DNA of 57,696 bases, from positions 1-57,696 of the forward strand of contig JANONI010000177.1 in assembly GCA_031420755.1 (NCBI GenBank), in the 5' to 3' direction. The notes under the pieces are model-generated. The model saw nothing but the letters and a program-made list of their open reading frames with translations. It made no database searches and was not told the origin of the DNA. Every line of letters starts with the position of its first letter. The first letter of the stretch is position 1. The position numbers and the translations under genes were made by a program. Of this stretch, positions 28,125 to 36,834 are shown in pieces. The DNA comes from Bacteroidota bacterium. GTDB taxonomy: Bacteria > Bacteroidota > Ignavibacteria > UBA10030 > UBA8401.

Positions 28125-28555
28125 GGAGTAACTTCAATGGTAACATCAATCGGCTGAGAAAAGCGATTACACCAACCATCTTTATCGGAACAGTAGAAAT
28201 AGTTCAGCGTTCCCTTCAGTTTCTGTTTTCCCGCTTTAGTACCAGTTTTTGCTTTAAACGAAAATTCTACCGGCGTAACCACGTCAAGGTAATCCTTCTC
28301 GTTCTTTTGGAACCGCACGTTGCCAACAACCTCGAAAACTGAATTTTTTTCTAATTTCAGTTCAAACAGAGGATTCGTATTTACATGAATCCCGATCACC
28401 GGTTGGAACAGAAAGGCAATCTCACCCGATTTTACAATAGAAATTTTTTCGGGCTGTTGTATTTCCAGCTTAATATGTTTGTTGTCGGTTAGTGTTAGTT
28501 TCTCTCCTGTTGGCGAAAGAAATAACGCAAGGAATACCGTTACAATTGTTTTCAT
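28121..28555 (-). CDS. Hypothetical secreted protein (C-terminal CSDKDGWC pair, DsbD-N-like)
   Basis: 144-aa ORF with a signal peptide. Its stop overlaps the lpxH start (ATGA). Confidence 0.6.
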   Translation of the reverse strand: MKTIVTVFLALFLSPTGEKLTLTDNKHIKLEIQQPEKISIVKSGEIAFLFQPVIGIHVNTNPLFELKLEKNSVFEVVGNVRFQKNEKDYLDVVTPVEFSFKAKTGTKAGKQKLKGTLNYFYCSDKDGWCNRFSQPIDVTIEVTP

Positions 28556-28570
28556 TGTTTCACCTAAAAA

Positions 28571-29833
28571 TTATCGTGCAGATTCTTTATCGTTTACTCG
28601 TTCTAATAAAATAAGACCAGCAATAAAGAAGATTCCGATTGTTAAGACAGAAATACGCTGGTCACCTGTAATATACGAAATCAGCCCGAACAAAAAAGTA
28701 CCAACAACTGCCGAAGCTTTTCCGCACAAACCGTCATAAAATCCAAAAAATTCTGCTTCCCGCTCTTTGGGTGTTAATTGTGCCATCAAACTTCTGCTTG
28801 CTGCTTGCGATGCGCCCATGGAACTTCCGGCGATTGCACCGATGACATAAAACATTTCTTTTGTAACGACAAAATATGCGCCAGCCACAATTGCGATCCA
28901 CAGAATGAGATTGATCGCTATGGTTCGTTTCGCACCGATTTTATCCGTGATGATACCAAAAAATAATGAGCCTACAATTCCGGATGCTTGAACAACAGCA
29001 AAGAGAACAATCACTTCCTGTAAAGAAAAATGAAGTGTCTGTGTTGCGAAGATTGATGCAAATGAAATAATCGTGAGAATTCCGTCATTGTAGATAAAAT
29101 AAGCGAGAAGAAATCGCGATACATTCTTGTAGTTCTTAAGATGATGGATCGTATCCTGTACGCGTTGGATTCCCGCTTTCACATACGATACTTTATATTC
29201 AAACTTTGTTTTATGATCGCGCAAAAAAAAGAACAGCGGAGCGGAGAACAGCAGAAAGATTCCTGCCGCGACCACAAAACTTAATTTTACATTAGAAAGA
29301 TTTTCAACAGCAAAGCCACCGGCATACAACGGCATTGCAATGAACAACGTAACGAGTGATCCGACATAACCCATTGCAAATCCGTAACCAGAAACCCTGC
29401 CGTAACTTTTTTTTGTGGTCAGTCCCGGTAGAAATGAATCGTAAAAAACGAGACCCCCTTCAAAACCGATATTGGCAAGGATAAAAATAATCATTCCAAT
29501 TGCAATCATTCCTGCATCAACAAAGTAGAGAAGTGCAGTGGAGATGATACTGACAAGCGTGAAACCAAAAAGGAATCTTTTTCTGCGTGAGGAAAAATCT
29601 GCGGCGGCACCAAGCACCGGTGCAATTATTGCGGTAAGAAGCATTGAGGTACTAACAGCGATTCCCCATAAAAAATCTCCGCGTCCGCTGCCGCCGGCAA
29701 CAATTTCTTTGAAGTAGAGAGAATATCCTACCGCTACAATCATTACCGAGAATGATGTGTTGGCAAAATCAAACAACGTCCAAACAAAAATTTGAGAACG
29801 GTTTGAGCCGGATGGATTTGGTGTGATGACCAA
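28571..29833 (-). CDS. MFS transporter (UMF1/Atg22-like)
   Basis: 420-aa ORF with about 12 TM helices and the N-terminal WTLFDFANTSFSVMI motif. Confidence 0.8.
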   Translation of the reverse strand: MVITPNPSGSNRSQIFVWTLFDFANTSFSVMIVAVGYSLYFKEIVAGGSGRGDFLWGIAVSTSMLLTAIIAPVLGAAADFSSRRKRFLFGFTLVSIISTALLYFVDAGMIAIGMIIFILANIGFEGGLVFYDSFLPGLTTKKSYGRVSGYGFAMGYVGSLVTLFIAMPLYAGGFAVENLSNVKLSFVVAAGIFLLFSAPLFFFLRDHKTKFEYKVSYVKAGIQRVQDTIHHLKNYKNVSRFLLAYFIYNDGILTIISFASIFATQTLHFSLQEVIVLFAVVQASGIVGSLFFGIITDKIGAKRTIAINLILWIAIVAGAYFVVTKEMFYVIGAIAGSSMGASQAASRSLMAQLTPKEREAEFFGFYDGLCGKASAVVGTFLFGLISYITGDQRISVLTIGIFFIAGLILLERVNDKESAR

Positions 29834-29834
29834 T

Positions 29835-30329
29835 TTACGAGTGAGATTTTTTTGTTTGAGAATCGATCAGTCCGCGGCCGGTTTTTTTCATGACACCTTC
29901 TTTTTTCAGATCGGTGAGAATGGCATCCATAATTCCATTGACAAACGTTCCGCTGTTTTCTGTGCTATAGTCTTTTGCAATTTCAATTGCTTCATTAATG
30001 GTAACTTTCGGCGGAATATCCGGAAAAAAAAGAAGCTCACACAAACACATGCGCAGAATGATCTTATCGATCAATGCGATTCTATGGAATTCCCAATGCT
30101 CGGTCTTTGATTTTAATCGTTTATCAATCTCTGATTGATGCGTTATTGCTTTAATAAAAAGTGATTGAGCAAAATCGAAATCGTCGGGGTCTTCTTTCAA
30201 TTCAATTAAAATAGTATCAACGACATGCTGCGGGGGATCTTTCGAAATTTCAATTGCGTACAACGCTTGCATCACGCATTCACGAATATGTCTGCGTTTA
30301 GGAATGTTATGTTCTTTTTCTTCTATCAT
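29835..30329 (-). CDS. nusB: Transcription antitermination factor NusB
   Basis: The start was chosen at MIEEKEH. Sequence features are RRHIRECVMQALY, ALIDKIILRMCLCELLF and INEAIEIAKDYS. Confidence 0.88.
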   Translation of the reverse strand: MIEEKEHNIPKRRHIRECVMQALYAIEISKDPPQHVVDTILIELKEDPDDFDFAQSLFIKAITHQSEIDKRLKSKTEHWEFHRIALIDKIILRMCLCELLFFPDIPPKVTINEAIEIAKDYSTENSGTFVNGIMDAILTDLKKEGVMKKTGRGLIDSQTKKSHS

Positions 30330-30500
30330 ATAATAAAGATACGGAAAAAGAGAACGTCTTGCCACAGATTATATGGTCAGTGAACTTAAAAAGTAAGGTT
30401 GTAGTGATGAAGATTTTTAAGGATCAACCATATTGTAATGAGGATCAAAAAAGAAGAGTTTATCTGATTTCTTTCGCAAAATTTTGTATTTTTAAGATAT

Positions 30501-31778
30501 ATGTTATCAAAATTTCTTCCAACGCCGACAGAATATCCCAAAGAGCAAACATCTTTTCTTCGTCAGAATCTTCGATTGCATTTGTTCGATGGCTCCTTCT
30601 ATGTTTTAGGGATGAGTTTAGTTTCTGTGCAAACTATCCTTCCGGTGTTCATTAAAGAATTGGGAGGGAGTCCGCTTGCAATCAGTTCTGTACAAATATT
30701 GTGGACTCTGGGTGCAAACATTCCATCCGTATTTGTTGCATTCTATTTACAGCGACAATTGTTATTTAAACCTGCAACGGTTGCATGGGGGTTTGTTCAT
30801 CGTGCTATGCTTTTTGTTTGCGGTGTTGCAGTTTTTTTCATTGTTGGAAAAGTTTCGCCTGCAATTGCAGTTCCATTTTTCCTCTTGCTGATATTTTTAG
30901 TTGCTGTGTTTGGTGGTCTTTCCGGTTTGCCATGGTTTCAGGTGTATACGAAAACGGTGCCGATAAAACTGCGGGGCCGCTTAATGGGAATTCGTCAATT
31001 GATTGGTTCGGCTGCTGGAATCATCGGTGGTTCGATTGTGAGCGTGATATTAGCTTCACTCTATTTTCCGCTGAATTTTTCACTTCTTTTCATTGCCGCA
31101 TTCTTTGTTACAATGATCTCATTCTATTTTCTGTTGCGAATTTCCGAACAACCGTCTGTCAATATTCGGGAACATGAAAAATCGGCCAGTATCATCTCGG
31201 AAGCGAAACGGATCATTAGAAGCAATAGTAATTTCCGGTATTTTCTTTTGGCTGATGCATTCGCCGTTATGTCGATTGCGGTTGCGTCATTCTATTCTGT
31301 CTATGCAATAGAAAAATTTAATTTGCCCGCGTCTTACGCAGGTACATTTACGGCAATTGTAATGACAACAAATGTTATTGCCAATATTGTTCTCGGAATT
31401 ATTGCTGATACGTATGGTCATAAAGTAAATTTATTGATACTCGCATTTTGTTCCGGTGCGGCAGCACTGCTGGCGGTTCTTTCCACTAATATTTTGATGT
31501 ATGGATTTGTTTTTTTCTTTTTAGCGTGTTCGTTGCAGGTGCAGGTAATTTCGCGGTTATCGTTTATTGCAGAACTATGCAAAGAAAACGAACGTCCGTT
31601 GTATGTTGGAATTACCAATACGCTCACAGCTCCGACAATGCTTATCGGATTACTCTTTGGGTGGTTTGTTCCCACAATCGGGTATAATTCGGTATTTGGT
31701 ATGACAACAATTATTGCAGTAAGTGCTTTTTTCATACTGTATAAATTTGTTGAAGAACCGCGTCATAAAAAAAATTAA
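30501..31778 (+). CDS. MFS transporter
   Basis: 425-aa ORF with about 12 TM helices. Confidence 0.75.
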   Translation: MLSKFLPTPTEYPKEQTSFLRQNLRLHLFDGSFYVLGMSLVSVQTILPVFIKELGGSPLAISSVQILWTLGANIPSVFVAFYLQRQLLFKPATVAWGFVHRAMLFVCGVAVFFIVGKVSPAIAVPFFLLLIFLVAVFGGLSGLPWFQVYTKTVPIKLRGRLMGIRQLIGSAAGIIGGSIVSVILASLYFPLNFSLLFIAAFFVTMISFYFLLRISEQPSVNIREHEKSASIISEAKRIIRSNSNFRYFLLADAFAVMSIAVASFYSVYAIEKFNLPASYAGTFTAIVMTTNVIANIVLGIIADTYGHKVNLLILAFCSGAAALLAVLSTNILMYGFVFFFLACSLQVQVISRLSFIAELCKENERPLYVGITNTLTAPTMLIGLLFGWFVPTIGYNSVFGMTTIIAVSAFFILYKFVEEPRHKKN

Positions 31779-31879
31779 GAAGAAGTATTGTCCTTACAGT
31801 TTGGACATTGCTTTACTTTTTGTACATTCACGAACAGAATATTTTTTATACCACATAATCGTGCCTTAAAAAGTATAAA

Positions 31880-31970
31880 ACCTTGCGAAGATTTTATGAA
31901 TTTTTACGAACAACCTTCTCTACGAGCCGTAGGCGCAAGTCCCAAGGGGACACCCTTGGTGGTTACTCGT
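31880..31970. repeat. Composite hairpin element (ctacg-N3/4-cgtag family)
   Basis: ctacgagccgtag (31920-31932), ccaaggg-gaca-cccttgg (31942-31959), cttgcg/cgcaag long-range pairing. It resembles 43303-43330. Confidence 0.45.
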
Positions 31971-32019
31971 TATAGTTTCTTTTTAAGACTCAACTACATA
32001 AGAATGGGCTATTTCATTA

Positions 32020-32322
32020 ATGAGACCACTATCAATTAAACAAACCGACAACGAAACGATCACGTTCACATGGGATGACGCTCTTTCGACTCCGTTAAAG
32101 ATACAACTGCTTCGGGATGAATGTCCGTGTGCAGAATGTAAAGGGGAGACAATTCTGATGCAGCAAATTCTTCCTGTTCTAAAGCCGAAACTTCCCGGAC
32201 ATTATGATGTGAAAGCGATCGTTCCGGTGGGAAGTTATGCAATACAAATTACCTGGGGAGATAGTCACGCTACGGGGTTGTATTCGTGGGAGTATTTGCG
32301 TAATCTTCATTTCAGAAAATAA
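32020..32322 (+). CDS. DUF971-family protein
   Basis: 100-aa ORF with LLRDECPCAECKGE and the C-terminal WGDSHATGLYSWEYL. Confidence 0.75.
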   Translation: MRPLSIKQTDNETITFTWDDALSTPLKIQLLRDECPCAECKGETILMQQILPVLKPKLPGHYDVKAIVPVGSYAIQITWGDSHATGLYSWEYLRNLHFRK

Positions 32323-32346
32323 ATAACAACATCAGAAGGATTTGCA

Positions 32347-32754
32347 ATGAATAAAAAACTTCGATCGGAAATGGTTTTGCGTGCAGCGAGCGCAAAACAA
32401 CATTCCTATTCGCCCTATTCAAAATTTAGAGTTGGTGCAGCTGTACTGACTGATGATGGCGTAATCTTTTCGGGATGCAATGTGGAGAATGCATCGTACG
32501 GTCTTTCCATTTGCGCGGAACGCAATGCAATTTTTCAAGCCGCTCATGCAGGAAAACGAAACATTGTTGCGGTTGCTGTTTCGTCCGATGAAAAGGGATT
32601 TATCACTCCGTGCGGTGCGTGCCGTCAAGTGATTTCGGAGTTTGCGGATGGAAGCACTGAAATTATACTTGTTACTGCCGATGGAAAAACAAAATCCGTA
32701 CAATTTGAAAAATTATTTCCCACGCCGCCGAAATTGGAAAAATTAAAAAAGTAG
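32347..32754 (+). CDS. cdd: Cytidine deaminase
   Basis: 135-aa ORF with the CAERNA and PCGACRQ zinc-binding motifs. Confidence 0.92.
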   Translation: MNKKLRSEMVLRAASAKQHSYSPYSKFRVGAAVLTDDGVIFSGCNVENASYGLSICAERNAIFQAAHAGKRNIVAVAVSSDEKGFITPCGACRQVISEFADGSTEIILVTADGKTKSVQFEKLFPTPPKLEKLKK

Positions 32755-32786
32755 TTCTACTTGGTTTTAAGGATAGACCACATTTC

Positions 32787-33344
32787 ATGATTATTATCAT
32801 CGCAAGTACGCGGGTACCCAAGATTAACGGCGTAAAAAAAGCAGTTGAAAAAATATCTTCCCATTTCGGTATCGATCATTCATCAATTACAGTTACATCC
32901 GTTGAAGCACAGAGCGGAGTTTCCGACACTCCAAAATCCATTGAAGAACTAATGCTTGGCGCACAACAGCGCGCACAGTTTGCATTTCAAAATAATGATA
33001 ACGAAAAAGTTTTAAGTATTGGTGTGGAAGGTGGATTGTTTAAAAGTGGCGATAGAATTTTTCTGCAAAGCTGGGCGTGTGTGTTTAACGGCGTTCAATT
33101 TTATTTCGGCAGTTCCGGAAGTATTGAATTGCCTGGCGAACTTGTCCAATCTGTGATGAATAACGGAATCGATCTCGGCGTTGCGATTGATCAATTCGCA
33201 CAGGAAATTGACGTGCGAAGCAATCAAGGAACATTCGGCATTCTTACGCGAGATCTTATTACACGAGAAGATTCATTTGAGCAAGCTACGATCTTAGCAT
33301 TGATTCCGTATTTTAATAGAACGTTGTATGTTAAATTTGAGTAA
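32787..33344 (+). CDS. Inosine/xanthosine triphosphatase (YjjX/DUF84-like NTPase)
   Basis: 185-aa ORF with SGVSDTP, GVEGG and GTFGILTRDLITRED motifs. Confidence 0.7.
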   Translation: MIIIIASTRVPKINGVKKAVEKISSHFGIDHSSITVTSVEAQSGVSDTPKSIEELMLGAQQRAQFAFQNNDNEKVLSIGVEGGLFKSGDRIFLQSWACVFNGVQFYFGSSGSIELPGELVQSVMNNGIDLGVAIDQFAQEIDVRSNQGTFGILTRDLITREDSFEQATILALIPYFNRTLYVKFE

Positions 33345-33348
33345 CAAA

Positions 33349-33366
33349 TACTTAACACACGCTTAA
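33349..33366 (+). promoter_or_regulatory. Candidate OmpR-family response-regulator binding site (direct repeat, 11-bp phasing)
   Basis: cttaaca-cacg-cttaaca lies about 80 bp upstream of the response-regulator ATG. Confidence 0.35.
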
Positions 33367-33442
33367 CATTCCGTGCATTGAAGACCGAAACAATCTTCTC
33401 TATATTGCTCCTGCATTATTGCTTTTGCATTGAAAGGGAGAG

Positions 33443-34135
33443 ATGAAACAAAAAATTCTTATTGCAGATGACGAACGTGATATTCTCGATTTTTTGAAAT
33501 ATAATCTCGAAAAAGAAGGCTTCGATGTTCTAACCGCTAAGAACGGAATTGAAGCTGTTGCGCAAGCCAAAAAAAATCCCAGTCTTATTCTGCTTGATGT
33601 GATGATGCCCGAAATGGACGGTTTGGAAGCAGTCCGCACATTAAAGAAAAATTCCGCTACGGCAAAAATTCCGGTAATATTTTTAACTGCGCGCGGTTCT
33701 GAAGTTGATGAAGTTGTTGGTTTGGAACTTGGGGCGGATGATTACATTATAAAACCGATCAGCATTCCCAAATTAATGGCGCGGATAAAACTGACACTAC
33801 GAAAAAAATCTTCGATGAAAGAGGATAATGGAACGGATTCCGAAATCCTTCGCCATGGAATCATTGAAATCAATCGCTCGCAGTATAAAATATTTATCAG
33901 CAAGAAGGAGGTATTCTTTCCCAAAAAGGAATTTGAAGTGCTTACGTTTCTTGTGCGAAATGCGGGGAAGGTTGTTACGAGAGAAACTCTTCTCTCTCAA
34001 ATTTGGGGAAACAATGTGTACGTAATTGATAGAACGATTGATGTTCACATTCGTAAGATTCGTGAAAAACTTGGAACTAATGCGGATTATATTGATACCA
34101 TTAAAGGTGTTGGTTATCGGTTGAAAGAGTTATAG
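33443..34135 (+). CDS. OmpR/PhoB-family response regulator
   Basis: 230-aa ORF with a receiver domain (ADDERD, LDVMMPEMDG) and a winged-helix output domain (IDTIKGVGYRL). Confidence 0.92.
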   Translation: MKQKILIADDERDILDFLKYNLEKEGFDVLTAKNGIEAVAQAKKNPSLILLDVMMPEMDGLEAVRTLKKNSATAKIPVIFLTARGSEVDEVVGLELGADDYIIKPISIPKLMARIKLTLRKKSSMKEDNGTDSEILRHGIIEINRSQYKIFISKKEVFFPKKEFEVLTFLVRNAGKVVTRETLLSQIWGNNVYVIDRTIDVHIRKIREKLGTNADYIDTIKGVGYRLKEL

Positions 34136-34159
34136 TTTCAATCATTGCTTTCAAAATGC

Positions 34160-34195
34160 ACCCTTTGCTATGCTATGCAAGTGAAGGGTTTTTTA
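34160..34195 (+). terminator. Possible intrinsic terminator/attenuator between the response-regulator and kinase genes
   Basis: Stem accctttgc / gcaa(gtg)aagggt followed by tttttt. Confidence 0.45.
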
Positions 34196-34280
34196 TTGTT
34201 GTTCGGGTGAAAAATATCTATTCAGTACTATACAATAAAAATAGTGTGCAATTTCTTCTGAAACTCGTATCTTTATTTAT

Positions 34281-35297
34281 ATGTATTCATTCAGAATTCA
34301 ACTTTTTGCTGCTGTACTGATTGCCGTTCTCGCCGGGATTATTTCCCATCATTTCTATTCGGTCTCTATTTCCTTGTTTGCCGTGATTAGTGTGGGAGGA
34401 TTGCTTATTTCGTATGGCATTCTTTATTTTTTTGTTCACCGACCTCTGCGTTTAATTCAGCGTGTGATCGATGCGCAGAACGATAAAACTTCCGTTCATC
34501 GCGTTAATATTCATACCTCGGATGAATTGCAAAAGATGTCCGATTCATTTAATACACTCCTCGATTCGTTCCACACAGATATTGTTCAGTTGGAAAAATT
34601 GGAGCGCGTACGGAGTGAATTTCTCGGAAATGTTTCGCACGAACTTCGTACGCCGCTGTTCACAACACAAGGATTAATCGAAACGCTTCTGCATGGCGCC
34701 GTTGATGATAAAAAAGTGAATCGTGATTTTCTCCAGAAAGCATTGAACAATATCGAACGATTGAATTTGCTACTTGAAGAATTGATCGATATTTCCCGCA
34801 TCGAATCCGGAGAGATGAAACTGCGATTGCGTTTTTTTGATATTGTTTCGGTTTTGATTGATACAGTGAAGGATGAACAAGCACATGCAGAGCAAAAGAA
34901 TATTTTGCTGACGCTTTCAGGTGAAACAAGTTTGCCAATCGAAGTGTTCGGCGACCGAGAACGGATTCGTCAAGTGTTGGTGAACCTGATTGAAAATGCG
35001 ATCAAATATTCTGAACCGAAAGATACTATTACGGTGAAATTTACTGAACTGCGCGGCAGCGTTGAACTTTCTGTGGAAGATACCGGAATAGGAATTGCGC
35101 CGCAGCATCTGCCGAGAATTTTTGAACGATTCTACAGAGTTGACAAGGATCGCTCGCGCGATGTAGGCGGTTCAGGGCTTGGTCTTGCCATTGTCAAACA
35201 TATCATCGAAGCGCACGATTCTTCCATCAATGTTGAAAGTGAAGTCGGGATTGGAACGAAGTTTACATTTGTTGTGAAAAAATCTGGCATCGGTTAA
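34281..35297 (+). CDS. Sensor histidine kinase (PhoR-like)
   Basis: 338-aa ORF with 2 TM helices, a HAMP-like region, the H-box SHELRTPL, the N-box NLIENAIKY, G1 DTGIGI and G2 GGSGLGLAIV. Confidence 0.92.
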   Translation: MYSFRIQLFAAVLIAVLAGIISHHFYSVSISLFAVISVGGLLISYGILYFFVHRPLRLIQRVIDAQNDKTSVHRVNIHTSDELQKMSDSFNTLLDSFHTDIVQLEKLERVRSEFLGNVSHELRTPLFTTQGLIETLLHGAVDDKKVNRDFLQKALNNIERLNLLLEELIDISRIESGEMKLRLRFFDIVSVLIDTVKDEQAHAEQKNILLTLSGETSLPIEVFGDRERIRQVLVNLIENAIKYSEPKDTITVKFTELRGSVELSVEDTGIGIAPQHLPRIFERFYRVDKDRSRDVGGSGLGLAIVKHIIEAHDSSINVESEVGIGTKFTFVVKKSGIG

Positions 35298-35463
35298 AAA
35301 CAATAATTATCGTCATTCTATGACAAAATATTCGTATGGGTAATTCAACACTATTGTTGTTCTAATTCGCATTCATCAATATTTATCAATCCTTCCTTTA
35401 CTTTTCCAAATAAAAATTCTACTTTTGTTCACGTAATAATTTTCAATAATCAAAGGAGCAGCA

Positions 35464-36834
35464 ATGCGGAAAATATTTTTTCTCTTGCTCGTAGTTTCGG
35501 TTACAGTGTTTGCACAAAGCGTGCGCATCACTGTTCCGTATGAGCGATTCACATTGAAGAACGGTCTCAACGTTATTCTTCACGTTGATCGAACCACACC
35601 TACAATAACCGTCAACACGTGGTACCACGTTGGTTCGGGATATGAAAAACCGGGTCGCACAGGATTTGCACATTTGTTCGAACATTTGATGTTTGAAGGT
35701 TCAAAGAATGTTCCCGAAGGAAAATTTGATGAATGGCTTGAAGCTGCCGGCGGCGACAATAACGGCTCAACAAATAATGATCGGACAAATTATTATGAAA
35801 ATATTCCGAGCAATGCACTTGAACTTGCATTGTTTCTTGATTCGGATCGTCTCGGTTATCTTCTTGACCCAATGACGGAAGAGACTGTGAACGGTCAGCG
35901 TGATGTGGTGAAGAATGAACGGCGCCAGTCGTATGAAAATCGTCCGTACGGAATGGCGGACATTATGATCGATGATGCGTTGTTTCCGAAGGGACATCCA
36001 TATAGCTGGCCAACGATCGGGAGTATGGCTGATCTTTCTGCAGCATCACTTGAAGATGTGAAAGAATTTTTCAGGACATATTATGTTCCGAACAATTCAA
36101 GTTTGTCGATTGCTGGTGATATTGATGTTGAAAAGACAAAAACTTTGGTTGAAAAATGGTTCAACGAAATTCCTGCAGGAAAACCAGTACAGCCGCAAGA
36201 GAGAACAATTCCGGTATTGAACGAAGAGAAGCGAATGACGATTGAAGATCGCGTTCAACTGCCCCGTTTATTTATGGCGTGGATCAGTCCGGCATCACTC
36301 ACGCCGGGAGATGCAGAGTTGGATCTATTATCAAGTGTTCTTGCGGGAGGAAAAAATTCTCGCTTGTATAAAAGATTAGTTTATGATTTACAGATCGCTC
36401 AGGATGTTTCTGCATATCAGCAATCGCAAAGAATTATTTCGGAATTTGTTGTTGTCGCCACTGCGCGTTCAGGGCATACGCTTGCAGAACTTGAAAGCGC
36501 AATTCAGGAGGAGATTACAAAAATAAAAAATGAAGTGCCGAGTATACGAGAATTGGATCGTGCACGAAATCAGTACGAAGCAAGTTTCTTGAATCGGTTG
36601 GAGAGTATCAACGGCAAAGCCGATCTTCTCAATAATTATTTTTATGCAACAGGAAATCCGGATTATTTCAACGAAGATTTGGCGCGGTATTATGCTGTTG
36701 ATCCTCAGGATGTTTCCACAATTGCTAACACATATTTAAAAGACAACGGGCGAGTTGTGTTAAGCGTTGTTCCAAAAGGAAAAATAGAACTTGCCGCACA
36801 GAATTCACCGGTTGTTAGTACGGAGGGAAAATGA
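35464..36834 (+). CDS. M16-family zinc peptidase (active subunit)
   Basis: 456-aa ORF with a signal peptide and the HLFEHLMFEGS motif (HxxEH). aaaggag lies upstream. Confidence 0.9.
   Translation: MRKIFFLLLVVSVTVFAQSVRITVPYERFTLKNGLNVILHVDRTTPTITVNTWYHVGSGYEKPGRTGFAHLFEHLMFEGSKNVPEGKFDEWLEAAGGDNNGSTNNDRTNYYENIPSNALELALFLDSDRLGYLLDPMTEETVNGQRDVVKNERRQSYENRPYGMADIMIDDALFPKGHPYSWPTIGSMADLSAASLEDVKEFFRTYYVPNNSSLSIAGDIDVEKTKTLVEKWFNEIPAGKPVQPQERTIPVLNEEKRMTIEDRVQLPRLFMAWISPASLTPGDAELDLLSSVLAGGKNSRLYKRLVYDLQIAQDVSAYQQSQRIISEFVVVATARSGHTLAELESAIQEEITKIKNEVPSIRELDRARNQYEASFLNRLESINGKADLLNNYFYATGNPDYFNEDLARYYAVDPQDVSTIANTYLKDNGRVVLSVVPKGKIELAAQNSPVVSTEGK

Noticed and set aside
31788..32039. 83-aa ORF between the MFS transporter and the DUF971 gene
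   Set aside because: It is Cys/Phe-rich with odd composition, overlaps a hairpin-chain repeat and the start of the DUF971 gene, and is most likely non-coding.
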